64,000 bases of DNA, from positions 684,462-748,461 of the forward strand of contig JAXLZU010000001.1 of assembly GCA_046350735.1 (NCBI GenBank), read 5' to 3'. Both the position numbers and the translations under genes were made by a program. Every line of letters begins with the position of its first letter. Positions within the stretch are counted from its first letter, which is position 1. A model generated the notes under the pieces. It made no database searches. It worked only from the letters and a program-made list of their open reading frames with translations, and was not told the origin of the DNA. Source of the DNA: Candidatus Saccharimonadota bacterium. GTDB lineage: Bacteria; Patescibacteriota; Saccharimonadia; CAILAD01; BJGX01. Shown here in pieces: positions 1 through 10,701 of the stretch.

Positions 1-3000
1 AACTGCTAATATACCCTCCTGCAAAAGATCCTGCGCCACTAGCTGTGCCGCTCCCCGTTGCAAAGGCGCCTGTATTTGTAGCACGGGCGTTATTAAAAGC
101 AGCAGAGTATGCACCAGTTGCTTGGGTACCGTTACCAAACGCAATTGCAAATTCATTACTCGCAGTAGAGTTAGATCCTCCCGCGAGCGAGCCGAGACCA
201 CTAGCCAAAATTGCCCCGTCGCGTGATGCACCAATAGCAAACGATCCCTCTCCGGTTGCACTGATTGTATAACTGCCCGATCGACCAAAAGCAAAAGATC
301 CGTTGTTGCTTGATGTTATTGCTACATTTGCGTATCCCCCAGCAAATGAATAGCCGCCACTAGAGGTAACTAGTGTCGAACCAAAAGCAGACGCCCCTGT
401 CCCACTTGCTGTTGCGTAGTTGGCAGCAAATGAGTAATCGCCAGATGTTTGGCCAGCGTTGACTGCCATAGAGGCCGTAGCATTGGCGCGAGAGCCCAAA
501 CCAAATGCTACAGAGCGGGTACCATTAACATTATTGGCGGCAACGTTATCACCAAAGGCAAATGAACCATCAGCCTGGGCAGTTACTGTACCATTTTGAG
601 CAAATCCACCCACAAACGAGCCTCGTCCACTAGCAACCAATGCCGTAACACCGCCAAAAGCACAATAGCCCATACTAAATGCTTCGTCATTACTTGCAGT
701 ACTACAACCCGCCGCAAACGAATACGCACCGGTTGCTGTACCACTATTAAATGCTGCCGATGCAATAGCATTGGTACCAGTAGTGGCACTATAACCAAAA
801 GCAATACTATAATGGGCATTCGTTCCGGTCGATGCATTATTACCACCAGCAAAAGAACCCACTCCAGCAGCAGTAATAGCACCATTGTCTGAAGATCCAA
901 ATGCTAGTGAGCCTCGGCCGCTAGCAGTAATAGGATTAACATTGTAACCCCCAGCGAACGACTCAAGTCCGCTGGCAGTACCACCACCCACTGCAAACGA
1001 ATAGTCACCACTTGCAAGAGAAGCGCCTGCTGCGGTTGAATAATTTCCACTAGCTGTGCTACCTTGCATAGCTACACCACCATTAGTACCGATGCTTATA
1101 CGGGGCGTATTGGCGGTTTTAATTGTAAGTGTGTAGTTGTCGTTGGTACCGAGTGATGCTGCCGTACCGTATGTATTACCACCATTTAAGAAACAAGTTG
1201 GGCAAGCCCCGATTACAATACTTGAAATCGCGTTATCAACATAGTTTCTGTCTACCAATGAAAATGGTTGATATGCGTAGTGTGCGGCATATTGCAATCC
1301 TGTACCGTCACCACTGGTGATAGTAGTTGTATTGTTGAGCGATATCGTTGTACTGCTGGCAGTGAGGTTGAGTGCACCGGTATTATTCTGAATTGTTTGA
1401 TTGCCTCCAGTGAGAGTAATGCCGTTATTAATAGTTGTTAGACCTGCCTGACCAACTTTAAATACTGGAGTACCAGCACTCGTTTGAGCCTGGAACAAAT
1501 CAGCCACCTGTGCAGCCTTACCTTTGAGTACACCAACCACCGCATTTACATCAGAGCTCTGAATGTTGTAGTTAGCATTTACCTGGGTAATGGTACCATT
1601 ATTAATACCGCCGCTACTAGTGCTCGTACAACCACTACTATCACACACCAACACACCATTTATACGCAGGCCAGTACTAGAATTAATATCACCAGTGACA
1701 TCGAGCGGCCAACTAGCCGAGGCAGACCCAATGGCAACCTTATTGGTAGTACTGTCTATATTAAATAGAGTGGTGCCGCCTGAGTTAATAATTTGCAACT
1801 CGTGTACCGAATCTACACTATTTTGTTGAGAAATAGTGCCGGTAAAGCTATTATTACCTGTAAATGCCTGATTGGCATTTAGTTTGGCCAAGTTGGTACC
1901 ATCGCTGAGATTAGAACTACTTATCTGCAGCCCGTTTACATAATACTTATCAGTAGTATTAAACCCACCGCCAGTATAAACTTCTGCAATCGTACTACCT
2001 CCCGAGCTTTGGAATTGCAGCAGATCAGAGCTTTGTCCACCCAACTGCTTAATAACTCCGGTTGGTAAAATCGTACTCGAAGACTGAATAAAGAAATTGG
2101 CCGCACTTTGCTGGCTCGTGGTGTTTTGAATATAGAACCCGCCACCACCACTAGCGTTACAGCCAGTACTATCACACACAATATTACCACCCACACGCAA
2201 ATGGGTTCCGGCATTAATATCTCCTGTAGCGTCAATAGCATAACCACCTGCTGCACCGTTTACTCTCAATTCAGTGGCGTTTGCAACTAAGGTTGTACCG
2301 CCAATTGTAACGGTTGTACCGTTATCGCTAATATTACTATTACCAATAGTATTGGCAGCAGTAAATTTGGGGATAGTATTAGCTGTACCGCCTGGGGTAC
2401 TCACATTACCACTGCCACCACCGCCACAGGCACCACCCGCGGTAGTACAGATAGTGTAGGTACCAGGTGTTGCCGCAGCATCAAACTGATACGTCACACT
2501 CCCTGTTGGCACACCGGTAAAACCAACTGTTGTTGTAAATCCACCGGTGGTAGATGTCCAACTAGTCGAGCCATTTCCGCGCAAGCTTAGGTTTTGCCCA
2601 GTAACGCCAATGGTCATAGCTCCGGTTGGAGTTAGGGTATTCACTGTAATTGGTTGCGTAAAGGCATTAGTACCAATAAATGTTTGGTTAGCATCAAGCA
2701 AAGCAACATTAGCAGTCAATCGAGCATCGGCCAGTGTACCACTCGTAACAAAGCTAGCGTTCAAACTTGTTAAATTTCCCCCATTGAGTGTTGGCAGATA
2801 CCCCAATGCATTTAACTGCACTAACTGATCTGCTCCGTTAAATGTGTTGCCTTGCAGGGTAACTGCACCTGGCAATCGAGCTGAATCTAAGGTGCCAGCG
2901 GTAATATTGTTTGCATCTAAATTAGTTAAGCCCGCACCATTACCAAAAAATTGAGTAGCGGTAACGGTACTAGTAAATACTGCTGAGCCTGTAGGGCTAA

Positions 3001-3838
3001 TGGTGAGCCGATTGGCTCCACTGGTGCGCAGCGAAACAGCATAATTGTCATTGGTACCCATTGATACAGGTGCACCAAAACTATCTCCGCCATTATTTAG
3101 ACATGTAATACAGCCCGATGCATTACCCCAAGTAAGATTGCCATTGCCATCATTGGTTAGAAACCCTTGTTGTTGCGACGCTGGAAAACTGTAGAGAAGA
3201 TTGCCAAAGAGCACTGCAGCGGGTAAGCTTACTTGCCCAGTAAAGGTATTATTACCGGTAAATGTTTGGTTCTTATTGAGCAGTGCTACATTTGCACTCA
3301 AGCGAGCATCATTGAGCGTACCAGAAGTAATATTATTGGCATTTAAATTAGTAAGGTCAGCACCGCTACCATTAAATGTGTTTGCTGTAACCGACCCAGC
3401 AACTTGTGTATTGCCATTTACAATAACAAGGCCATTAGCATTTGCTACTTTGTTTGTATTTAAGCCAGCCAAATCTGTCGAAGTAACGGCAAACTGACCA
3501 CTCGACTTACTACCACCCTTATTTGTAAAGAAGAGCCAGCCACCCAACAGTAACAAAAATACTAATACTGCAACACCGGTATAAAACAACATACGCACCC
3601 ATCGAGTACGTTGCCAGGCAGAATGCTGCTTAATGGCTTGCTGACTGTTAGTAGAGGTGTGAGAGGCAGTATTATTAGTAAAAACTTCCTCACTTAGTGG
3701 AGATTGCTGGATTAGTCGAGAAGAAAAAAGTTCGTTAGAAATATTCTGTGAAGTCGGCGAATTACCGGCCTTTTCTTGACCGGAATTTGCATTGGCTGCA
3801 AAGTTACTTTTTGGATTATTTTCGGGTTTCACTGCCAC
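1..3838 (-). CDS. Giant membrane-anchored surface fibre/adhesin-like repeat protein, partial: the window holds its N-terminal 1270+ aa and the C-terminus lies before position 1. It has an N-terminal cytoplasmic tail, one TM helix (LFYTGVAVLVFLLLLGGWLFF), phage-tail-fibre-like GTLxxARLxxNVALLNxNQTFTG repeats and YadA-head/Hep_Hag-like SxAxG repeats. The start is ambiguous (TTG/GTG near 3830-3841, or ATG at 3592).
   Basis: I translated the minus strand by hand from 3838 to position 1 without meeting a stop. The ORF track misses it because the ORF runs off the window edge. The N-terminal tail plus TM are homologous to the 803-aa (24055..26466) and 503-aa (10695..12206) proteins. Composition is G/T/S/N/A-rich with repeats. 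Confidence 0.6.
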   Translation of the reverse strand, partial: MAVKPENNPKSNFAANANSGQEKAGNSPTSQNISNELFSSRLIQQSPLSEEVFTNNTASHTSTNSQQAIKQHSAWQRTRWVRMLFYTGVAVLVFLLLLGGWLFFTNKGGSKSSGQFAVTSTDLAGLNTNKVANANGLVIVNGNTQVAGSVTANTFNGSGADLTNLNANNITSGTLNDARLSANVALLNKNQTFTGNNTFTGQVSLPAAVLFGNLLYSFPASQQQGFLTNDGNGNLTWGNASGCITCLNNGGDSFGAPVSMGTNDNYAVSLRTSGANRLTISPTGSAVFTSTVTATQFFGNGAGLTNLDANNITAGTLDSARLPGAVTLQGNTFNGADQLVQLNALGYLPTLNGGNLTSLNASFVTSGTLADARLTANVALLDANQTFIGTNAFTQPITVNTLTPTGAMTIGVTGQNLSLRGNGSTSWTSTTGGFTTTVGFTGVPTGSVTYQFDAAATPGTYTICTTAGGACGGGGSGNVSTPGGTANTIPKFTAANTIGNSNISDNGTTVTIGGTTLVANATELRVNGAAGGYAIDATGDINAGTHLRVGGNIVCDSTGCNASGGGGFYIQNTTSQQSAANFFIQSSSTILPTGVIKQLGGQSSDLLQFQSSGGSTIAEVYTGGGFNTTDKYYVNGLQISSSNLSDGTNLAKLNANQAFTGNNSFTGTISQQNSVDSVHELQIINSGGTTLFNIDSTTNKVAIGSASASWPLDVTGDINSSTGLRINGVLVCDSSGCTSTSSGGINNGTITQVNANYNIQSSDVNAVVGVLKGKAAQVADLFQAQTSAGTPVFKVGQAGLTTINNGITLTGGNQTIQNNTGALNLTASSTTISLNNTTTITSGDGTGLQYAAHYAYQPFSLVDRNYVDNAISSIVIGACPTCFLNGGNTYGTAASLGTNDNYTLTIKTANTPRISIGTNGGVAMQGSTASGNYSTAAGASLASGDYSFAVGGGTASGLESFAGGYNVNPITASGRGSLAFGSSDNGAITAAGVGSFAGGNNASTGTNAHYSIAFGYSATTGTNAIASAAFNSGTATGAYSFAAGCSTASNDEAFSMGYCAFGGVTALVASGRGSFVGGFAQNGTVTAQADGSFAFGDNVAANNVNGTRSVAFGLGSRANATASMAVNAGQTSGDYSFAANYATASGTGASAFGSTLVTSSGGYSFAGGYANVAITSSNNGSFAFGRSGSYTISATGEGSFAIGASRDGAILASGLGSLAGGSNSTASNEFAIAFGNGTQATGAYSAAFNNARATNTGAFATGSGTASGAGSFAGGYISS

Positions 3839-3955
3839 CAATTTTACTTAATACAAAAACATCTCTAGGCACAAGGCACCTGTTATTATTCTAATGCTTT
3901 TAACTTGTTAGCACAAGAGTTTTGTAGATTAAATACTGTAATGTTTATTACAAAA

Positions 3956-6356
<2,401 letters not shown>

Positions 6357-6359
6357 TGG

Positions 6360-7775
6360 TTATGCCACTCCATCCTTTAACGTCTTGGCGATTAACTTGG
6401 TTACCACTTCGTCACTTTGAGGTTTATGAATAGGAAGCTTTTTCTGTACTAGTCGTTTTAATTTATCAATATCGAGCTGACCAGCGCCTTTATTTCCCAA
6501 CACAACTTCTATCATTGCTCTTTGTTGCGGCAAAGAGAAGAAATCATTTGGTTCTTGGCTAAGCGACTCTGTTAGTTGTCGTCCAATCTCTATCTCTTGC
6601 TGAGCAAAATCGCTCATCTGATCACTAAACCGTGTATACTCTTCGGCACTGCGAAAATTTGATAGTTCTTGCATAACCTTAGCCGAGAGCTGTTGCATGG
6701 TCGGATTTTGACTACGACCACCAATACGACTGACAGAGAGGTTAATATTAATTGCCGGCATTATACCACGACGTAATATTTCGGTATCAAACACAATTTG
6801 TCCGTCTGTCATAGAGATTAAGCTGGTTGCCTGATACCCGGTGAGATCGTTATTGGGCGTTGCACCTGCTACTAAAATAGTCTGGCTAAACCCAGTAGCT
6901 TTTAATTTGCCAGCTCGCTCTAAAAGAGCCGATTGCACGTGGAACATATCACCTGGGTAAGCCTCACGACCAGCATTATTACGAAGTAACAGTGACATTT
7001 CTCGGTAGAGTTTGGCAAAGTTAGAAAAATCATCATATAGCACTACTACATCTTTCTTTTGATGCCAGAAATACTCAGCTACCGCACAACCAGCGTATGG
7101 TGCTAATACACCAAGAGGCAATGATTCTCCGGCAACTGTTACCACGAGAGTGATGTGTTGCATTACCCCGGCTTTTTTAAAGACCTCTACTAGTCGATTA
7201 ACTTCAATGCGACGTTTGGCTATTAATACATATACTACCGATTTACCCGACTTAGCCTGTGCAATTGCTACTTGGGTCATAAACGAGGTTTTACCCGACT
7301 TACTATCTCCCATAATTGCAATGCGTTGACCTTTTACAATAGGGAGCAAGGTGTCTACATAACTCACACCAGTAACGAGCTGTTCGTTAAGATCGTCACG
7401 TTCTTGAAAATTAGGAGCACTGCGAAAATATGGTACTTGGCTACTGGTAGCAAGATAGCCTCGGCCATCAAGCGGTTTACCAAGTGGGTCGATAACTCTG
7501 CCAACAATACCTTTGCCTACTGGTAAGCTAATGCTTTCTGATTGCAACGCTACCAGCTCACCAGCTCGTACGGGCTGATTATTTAGCAGCAATATTTCTA
7601 GGCCATCTGTGTCTATTTGCCAAACCACCCCTCTTGCTCCACCAGCAAATACCACCTCTGCAAATACTGGTGCGCCAGCCAATGGTGTGGTGAGCACAAT
7701 ACATTCTCGTACTGCCACTACCTCGGCAGTAGCTTTAGTCTTGGTAACTCGTGTTTTTGGTTCTACCTTAGGCAT
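6360..7775 (-). CDS. atpA: F1-ATPase alpha-like subunit (copy 1).
   Basis: GQRIAIMGDSKSGKTSFMTQ (alpha P-loop), YVLIAKRR, LAPYAGCAVAEYF, VLYDDFSNFAKLYREMSLLLRNNAGREAYPGDMFHVQSALLERAGKL. These are near-canonical alpha motifs, including the arginine-finger region. Confidence 0.85.
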   Translation of the reverse strand: MPKVEPKTRVTKTKATAEVVAVRECIVLTTPLAGAPVFAEVVFAGGARGVVWQIDTDGLEILLLNNQPVRAGELVALQSESISLPVGKGIVGRVIDPLGKPLDGRGYLATSSQVPYFRSAPNFQERDDLNEQLVTGVSYVDTLLPIVKGQRIAIMGDSKSGKTSFMTQVAIAQAKSGKSVVYVLIAKRRIEVNRLVEVFKKAGVMQHITLVVTVAGESLPLGVLAPYAGCAVAEYFWHQKKDVVVLYDDFSNFAKLYREMSLLLRNNAGREAYPGDMFHVQSALLERAGKLKATGFSQTILVAGATPNNDLTGYQATSLISMTDGQIVFDTEILRRGIMPAININLSVSRIGGRSQNPTMQQLSAKVMQELSNFRSAEEYTRFSDQMSDFAQQEIEIGRQLTESLSQEPNDFFSLPQQRAMIEVVLGNKGAGQLDIDKLKRLVQKKLPIHKPQSDEVVTKLIAKTLKDGVA

Positions 7776-8211
7776 GTTGCAACCTTTCTACTAACTTTTC
7801 AGAATTTGCAAACAAGTTAGATCGCAATGACAAATCGTACACCTGCCCACTGGTGCGTAGCACACAGCCAGCCAGTAAATCGCTGTTTTGTGCAATATGT
7901 ATCATAGTGTGGGGATGAATATGTGAACGAAACCAACCAGTGAGTTCGTTTAACTCCTCGCCATTTGGCATACTGGCTACCACGAGTGAAATTTGCGGAC
8001 TCGATGATAATAATGCTTTTAGATAAGATACCAATTTGGCTTGCGTGGCAATTGTTAGACTACCAATCGCATTTGTCTGAGCAAATTCTTGCAAATGAGT
8101 GGGCCATTTTTGAGGCAAGACCAAAACAGCCGGCTTAAGTTTTTCTACCTCACTGAGTAATGCTTCTATTTGCTGAGAGCTAGAGAACGAATTGGGTAGT
8201 CTATACGCCAT
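7768..8211 (-). CDS. atpH: F-ATPase delta/OSCP-like subunit (147 aa).
   Basis: Position between b and alpha. C-terminal LLAGCVLRTSGQVYDLSLRSNL resembles the delta C-terminus (IIGGvvvrvGd.viDgSvrg.L). Overlaps alpha by 8 nt. Confidence 0.45.
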   Translation of the reverse strand: MAYRLPNSFSSSQQIEALLSEVEKLKPAVLVLPQKWPTHLQEFAQTNAIGSLTIATQAKLVSYLKALLSSSPQISLVVASMPNGEELNELTGWFRSHIHPHTMIHIAQNSDLLAGCVLRTSGQVYDLSLRSNLFANSEKLVERLQHA

Positions 8212-8768
8212 TATTTTACGCTTGCCTCAATATCTTTTTTGAGTGCATCTTTGTGTGCCTCGAGAGAAGAAAATAAATAGTCTTTTTGCTGTTGATAATC
8301 TATATTACCCGCAATATCAGCCATATAACCAATCATTATCTCGGCGATTTGGGAATCGACTTTCTTTATGGCATCAGCCTTGGCTTGTGCTGTTAATGCG
8401 TTAAGCTCGTTATGCGCTAGCTTGGTAGCAGCATCATTTTCTTTGGCAGTTGCCTGCAAATCGGCAACTGTTTGCTTTAGCAAAGACTGTGTAGCTACAC
8501 TAAACTCAGACAGCTGTTTTTGAGTAACCTGCTCTAATGATGTTATAAATGCCTTACTAATTTTATCGGCATTATTTTGTAATGACTTTTCTAGGCTAGC
8601 CGACTGGTTAGCTACAATAACATCAAACTCCCGTTTGGCTTTCGCAGAAGTAAGCTCGACACTATCTTTTTGCGAAGGCTTTTCTTTTTTATCCACCAAG
8701 ATAAGCAGACCAAATATTAGAGCTACAATTGCCAGAAATACACCAATTACTAAAATTATAAGATCCAT
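8211..8768 (-). CDS. atpF: F-ATPase subunit b-like peripheral stalk (N-terminal TM followed by a long charged coiled coil).
   Basis: MDLIILVIGVFLAIVALIFGLLILV is a TM helix, followed by a roughly 150-aa charged helical region. It lies immediately upstream of delta. Confidence 0.5.
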   Translation of the reverse strand: MDLIILVIGVFLAIVALIFGLLILVDKKEKPSQKDSVELTSAKAKREFDVIVANQSASLEKSLQNNADKISKAFITSLEQVTQKQLSEFSVATQSLLKQTVADLQATAKENDAATKLAHNELNALTAQAKADAIKKVDSQIAEIMIGYMADIAGNIDYQQQKDYLFSSLEAHKDALKKDIEASVK

Positions 8769-8769
8769 T

Positions 8770-9594
8770 TTACCCTCGAATTATTATTTTAATGATAACA
8801 AACGCCACTATAAAAATCACCGCAATCATTCCTACCACTTGTAACAAACTTAAGAAAATAGCGTTCTTTGCGGTTGGGTTACGGCCTATAGAGCGAATAC
8901 TGCTTGAGGCGCTAGAGTAGAGAATAACCAGCGAAACCACCACGGCAATTAAGATAATAATGGTTACCAAAATTGTTCTCTCGGTAGATACAGTTTTGCC
9001 ACTAGCACCATTCAGTATTTGCTGTAGTGGCAATAATACAGCCGGCACAGATGGTGAGCTAGACTGGTAATCACTAACGTTCACCACTACGGGTAGTAAA
9101 CGAATATTTGCAGTTGTAGTATTACCATCTTTAGCAGTTAGGACGCGAGTTTGAGTAGTCTGGTCTTTGCCTGCAGTAGCAAAACTTTGTGCTGCCGTAC
9201 CCAATACACGGGTTGACTGTGTAGCCTTCATTACAACCCCAGCAATTGGCGAAGCAGTAAGCTGATCGCCTACTTGTATCTCGCCATTAATATCGGTTGC
9301 AGCAACTTTGGCTTGTCCGTCTGTAATAATTGGGGGGCGTGCCGTGCCGCTAACATTTATCACCACATCGCTCGACCCTACTGCAACACCATACAGATAT
9401 TGCTCATTACCGGCCACAGCGAGACTAATTGTATTGTCTTTTAGTACCACCGCAGCACCAGCCACCACGTCTGGTTGTATTTGATACGACTGAGTAGATA
9501 GGCCTTCTGCCAAAACGGCAGCCGGAGTAAATAAGATTGCCAACGCAAAAAATACGGCAACGATGCGTGTATAACTATGGTTAATCCAACTCAT
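8770..9594 (-). CDS. Signal peptide, then a roughly 165-aa extracellular domain, fused to a C-terminal c-subunit-like helical hairpin (TM1-GRNP loop-TM2) that lacks the ion-binding carboxylate (Gln in its place). It occupies the atpE/atpB position of the operon.
   Basis: N-terminal MSWINHSYTRIVAVFFALAILFTPAAVLA-EG is a signal peptide. The C-terminal ...SIRSIGRNPTAKNAIFLSLLQVVGMIAVIFIV aligns with c-subunit ...[29 protein letters not shown]: the RQP/RNP loop and the MIAV segment are shared, and Q sits where D61/E sits. There is no D/E in either TM. A paralog lies at 30446..31291. Confidence 0.5.
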   Translation of the reverse strand: MSWINHSYTRIVAVFFALAILFTPAAVLAEGLSTQSYQIQPDVVAGAAVVLKDNTISLAVAGNEQYLYGVAVGSSDVVINVSGTARPPIITDGQAKVAATDINGEIQVGDQLTASPIAGVVMKATQSTRVLGTAAQSFATAGKDQTTQTRVLTAKDGNTTTANIRLLPVVVNVSDYQSSSPSVPAVLLPLQQILNGASGKTVSTERTILVTIIILIAVVVSLVILYSSASSSIRSIGRNPTAKNAIFLSLLQVVGMIAVIFIVAFVIIKIIIRG

Positions 9595-9699
9595 GCTCAG
9601 AAAATCATCATTATTAATAATATAAAACTAATTTTACTTTATAGTTTTATTGTAACATATATTACTTATGCTTATTATTTGATACGCAAAAAAACAATC

Positions 9700-10701
9700 T
9701 TATGGTGTAACTGGAGAGGTATTTTTTAGCTGCTGAATATCTTTAGCTTGCTGCTGCACCATCTGAGTAAGCTTATCAATTTGATTCTGTTGGTCTTTGA
9801 GTTGCTGTGTATTCTCGTCTACCCGCTTCGTCAATGCCAGTAAGTCATCACTTAGGCTAGTAAGTTTAATACCTTGCTCAGAGAGTTGTTGGTTAGTTTT
9901 GTCTAAGTTACCGTTTTGTTCTTTTACTGCCTGGACAATATATGGCATTACACCCTCTTTATTTAGAGTTAGTGTTCCGTCTGGTAAAGTCGTTACCAAA
10001 TTTGGCAATACTTTGGCCACATCTTGAGCAATAAAACCAGCAACTTTATCACCTTCTGGGTTAACTTTCCAGTTGTAAGTAACTCCCTGAAGTTGATTAA
10101 TAACGTCTAGTCCATTAGAAATACTTAATATATTTGTTTTTAGTTTGGCATCTGAAACACAACTGAGCGAGCCTGCATTGGTGTCTACAGTACAAGTACC
10201 ACTCGTACCCGTAAAGCTAGCAGGTGTGTCGTCGCTCGTATCAGTAACATCAAGCTTGTTAGCGGGTGCGTTTGTACCAATACCAAATTTACCGCCAGAA
10301 ATATTCACCCAGCTATCATTACCCTTGTTATTTATTCGAGTATTTATGTTGCCAACACTATCAGAACCAATAAACGAATAGTCATATGGTCCGGCCCCAA
10401 CATCAGAAATAGTTGCACTATTACCAATAAATAATGAGTGATTTAACCCGCTAAGCGTGAGGTCTTGGCCTATTACCATACTGTAGTCTACATTAGTAAG
10501 GCTCGATGGTGTGACAGCTAGCGGATCGCTAGTGTCGACATTCAACAAATCTCGGTTGGAAGAATAGATGTTTGTCCATCGTGAATTTCCAACCAATCCT
10601 CCACTATCATGAATATCAAACCTAATATTATAGCCGGCATCACAACCAAATGGCCCCAAAGGAACATCATTATTACAGTAACCTCCATGCGTACCTACCA
10701 A
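9700..10701 (-). CDS. C-terminal part of a fibre protein carrying a Peptidase S74 / intramolecular chaperone auto-processing domain (CIMCD) and a C-terminal coiled coil. It is probably one gene with 10695..12206, disrupted by a frameshift.
   Basis: SDAKLKTNILSISNGLDVINQLQGVTYNWK matches the S74 CIMCD signature (S-D-x-x-L-K-x-N-I...L.GV.Y.W). The ORF track start is a TTG directly after the stop of the upstream ORF, in a frame offset by 1. Confidence 0.6.
   Translation of the reverse strand: MVGTHGGYCNNDVPLGPFGCDAGYNIRFDIHDSGGLVGNSRWTNIYSSNRDLLNVDTSDPLAVTPSSLTNVDYSMVIGQDLTLSGLNHSLFIGNSATISDVGAGPYDYSFIGSDSVGNINTRINNKGNDSWVNISGGKFGIGTNAPANKLDVTDTSDDTPASFTGTSGTCTVDTNAGSLSCVSDAKLKTNILSISNGLDVINQLQGVTYNWKVNPEGDKVAGFIAQDVAKVLPNLVTTLPDGTLTLNKEGVMPYIVQAVKEQNGNLDKTNQQLSEQGIKLTSLSDDLLALTKRVDENTQQLKDQQNQIDKLTQMVQQQAKDIQQLKNTSPVTP

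Noticed and set aside
583-3497. Several 60-120-aa ORFs on both strands in the ORF track within 1..3800 (for example 583..900, 596..892, 1936..2256, 2547..2828, 3201..3497).
   Set aside because: They lie inside or antisense to the continuous minus-strand reading frame of more than 1270 codons for the giant repeat protein. Their low-complexity composition is the mirror image of that gene.
8770-9594. Possibility that the 274-aa protein is F-ATPase subunit a.
   Set aside because: It has a signal peptide, a long soluble domain and only two C-terminal TMs. The C-terminal hairpin aligns to subunit c, not to subunit a.
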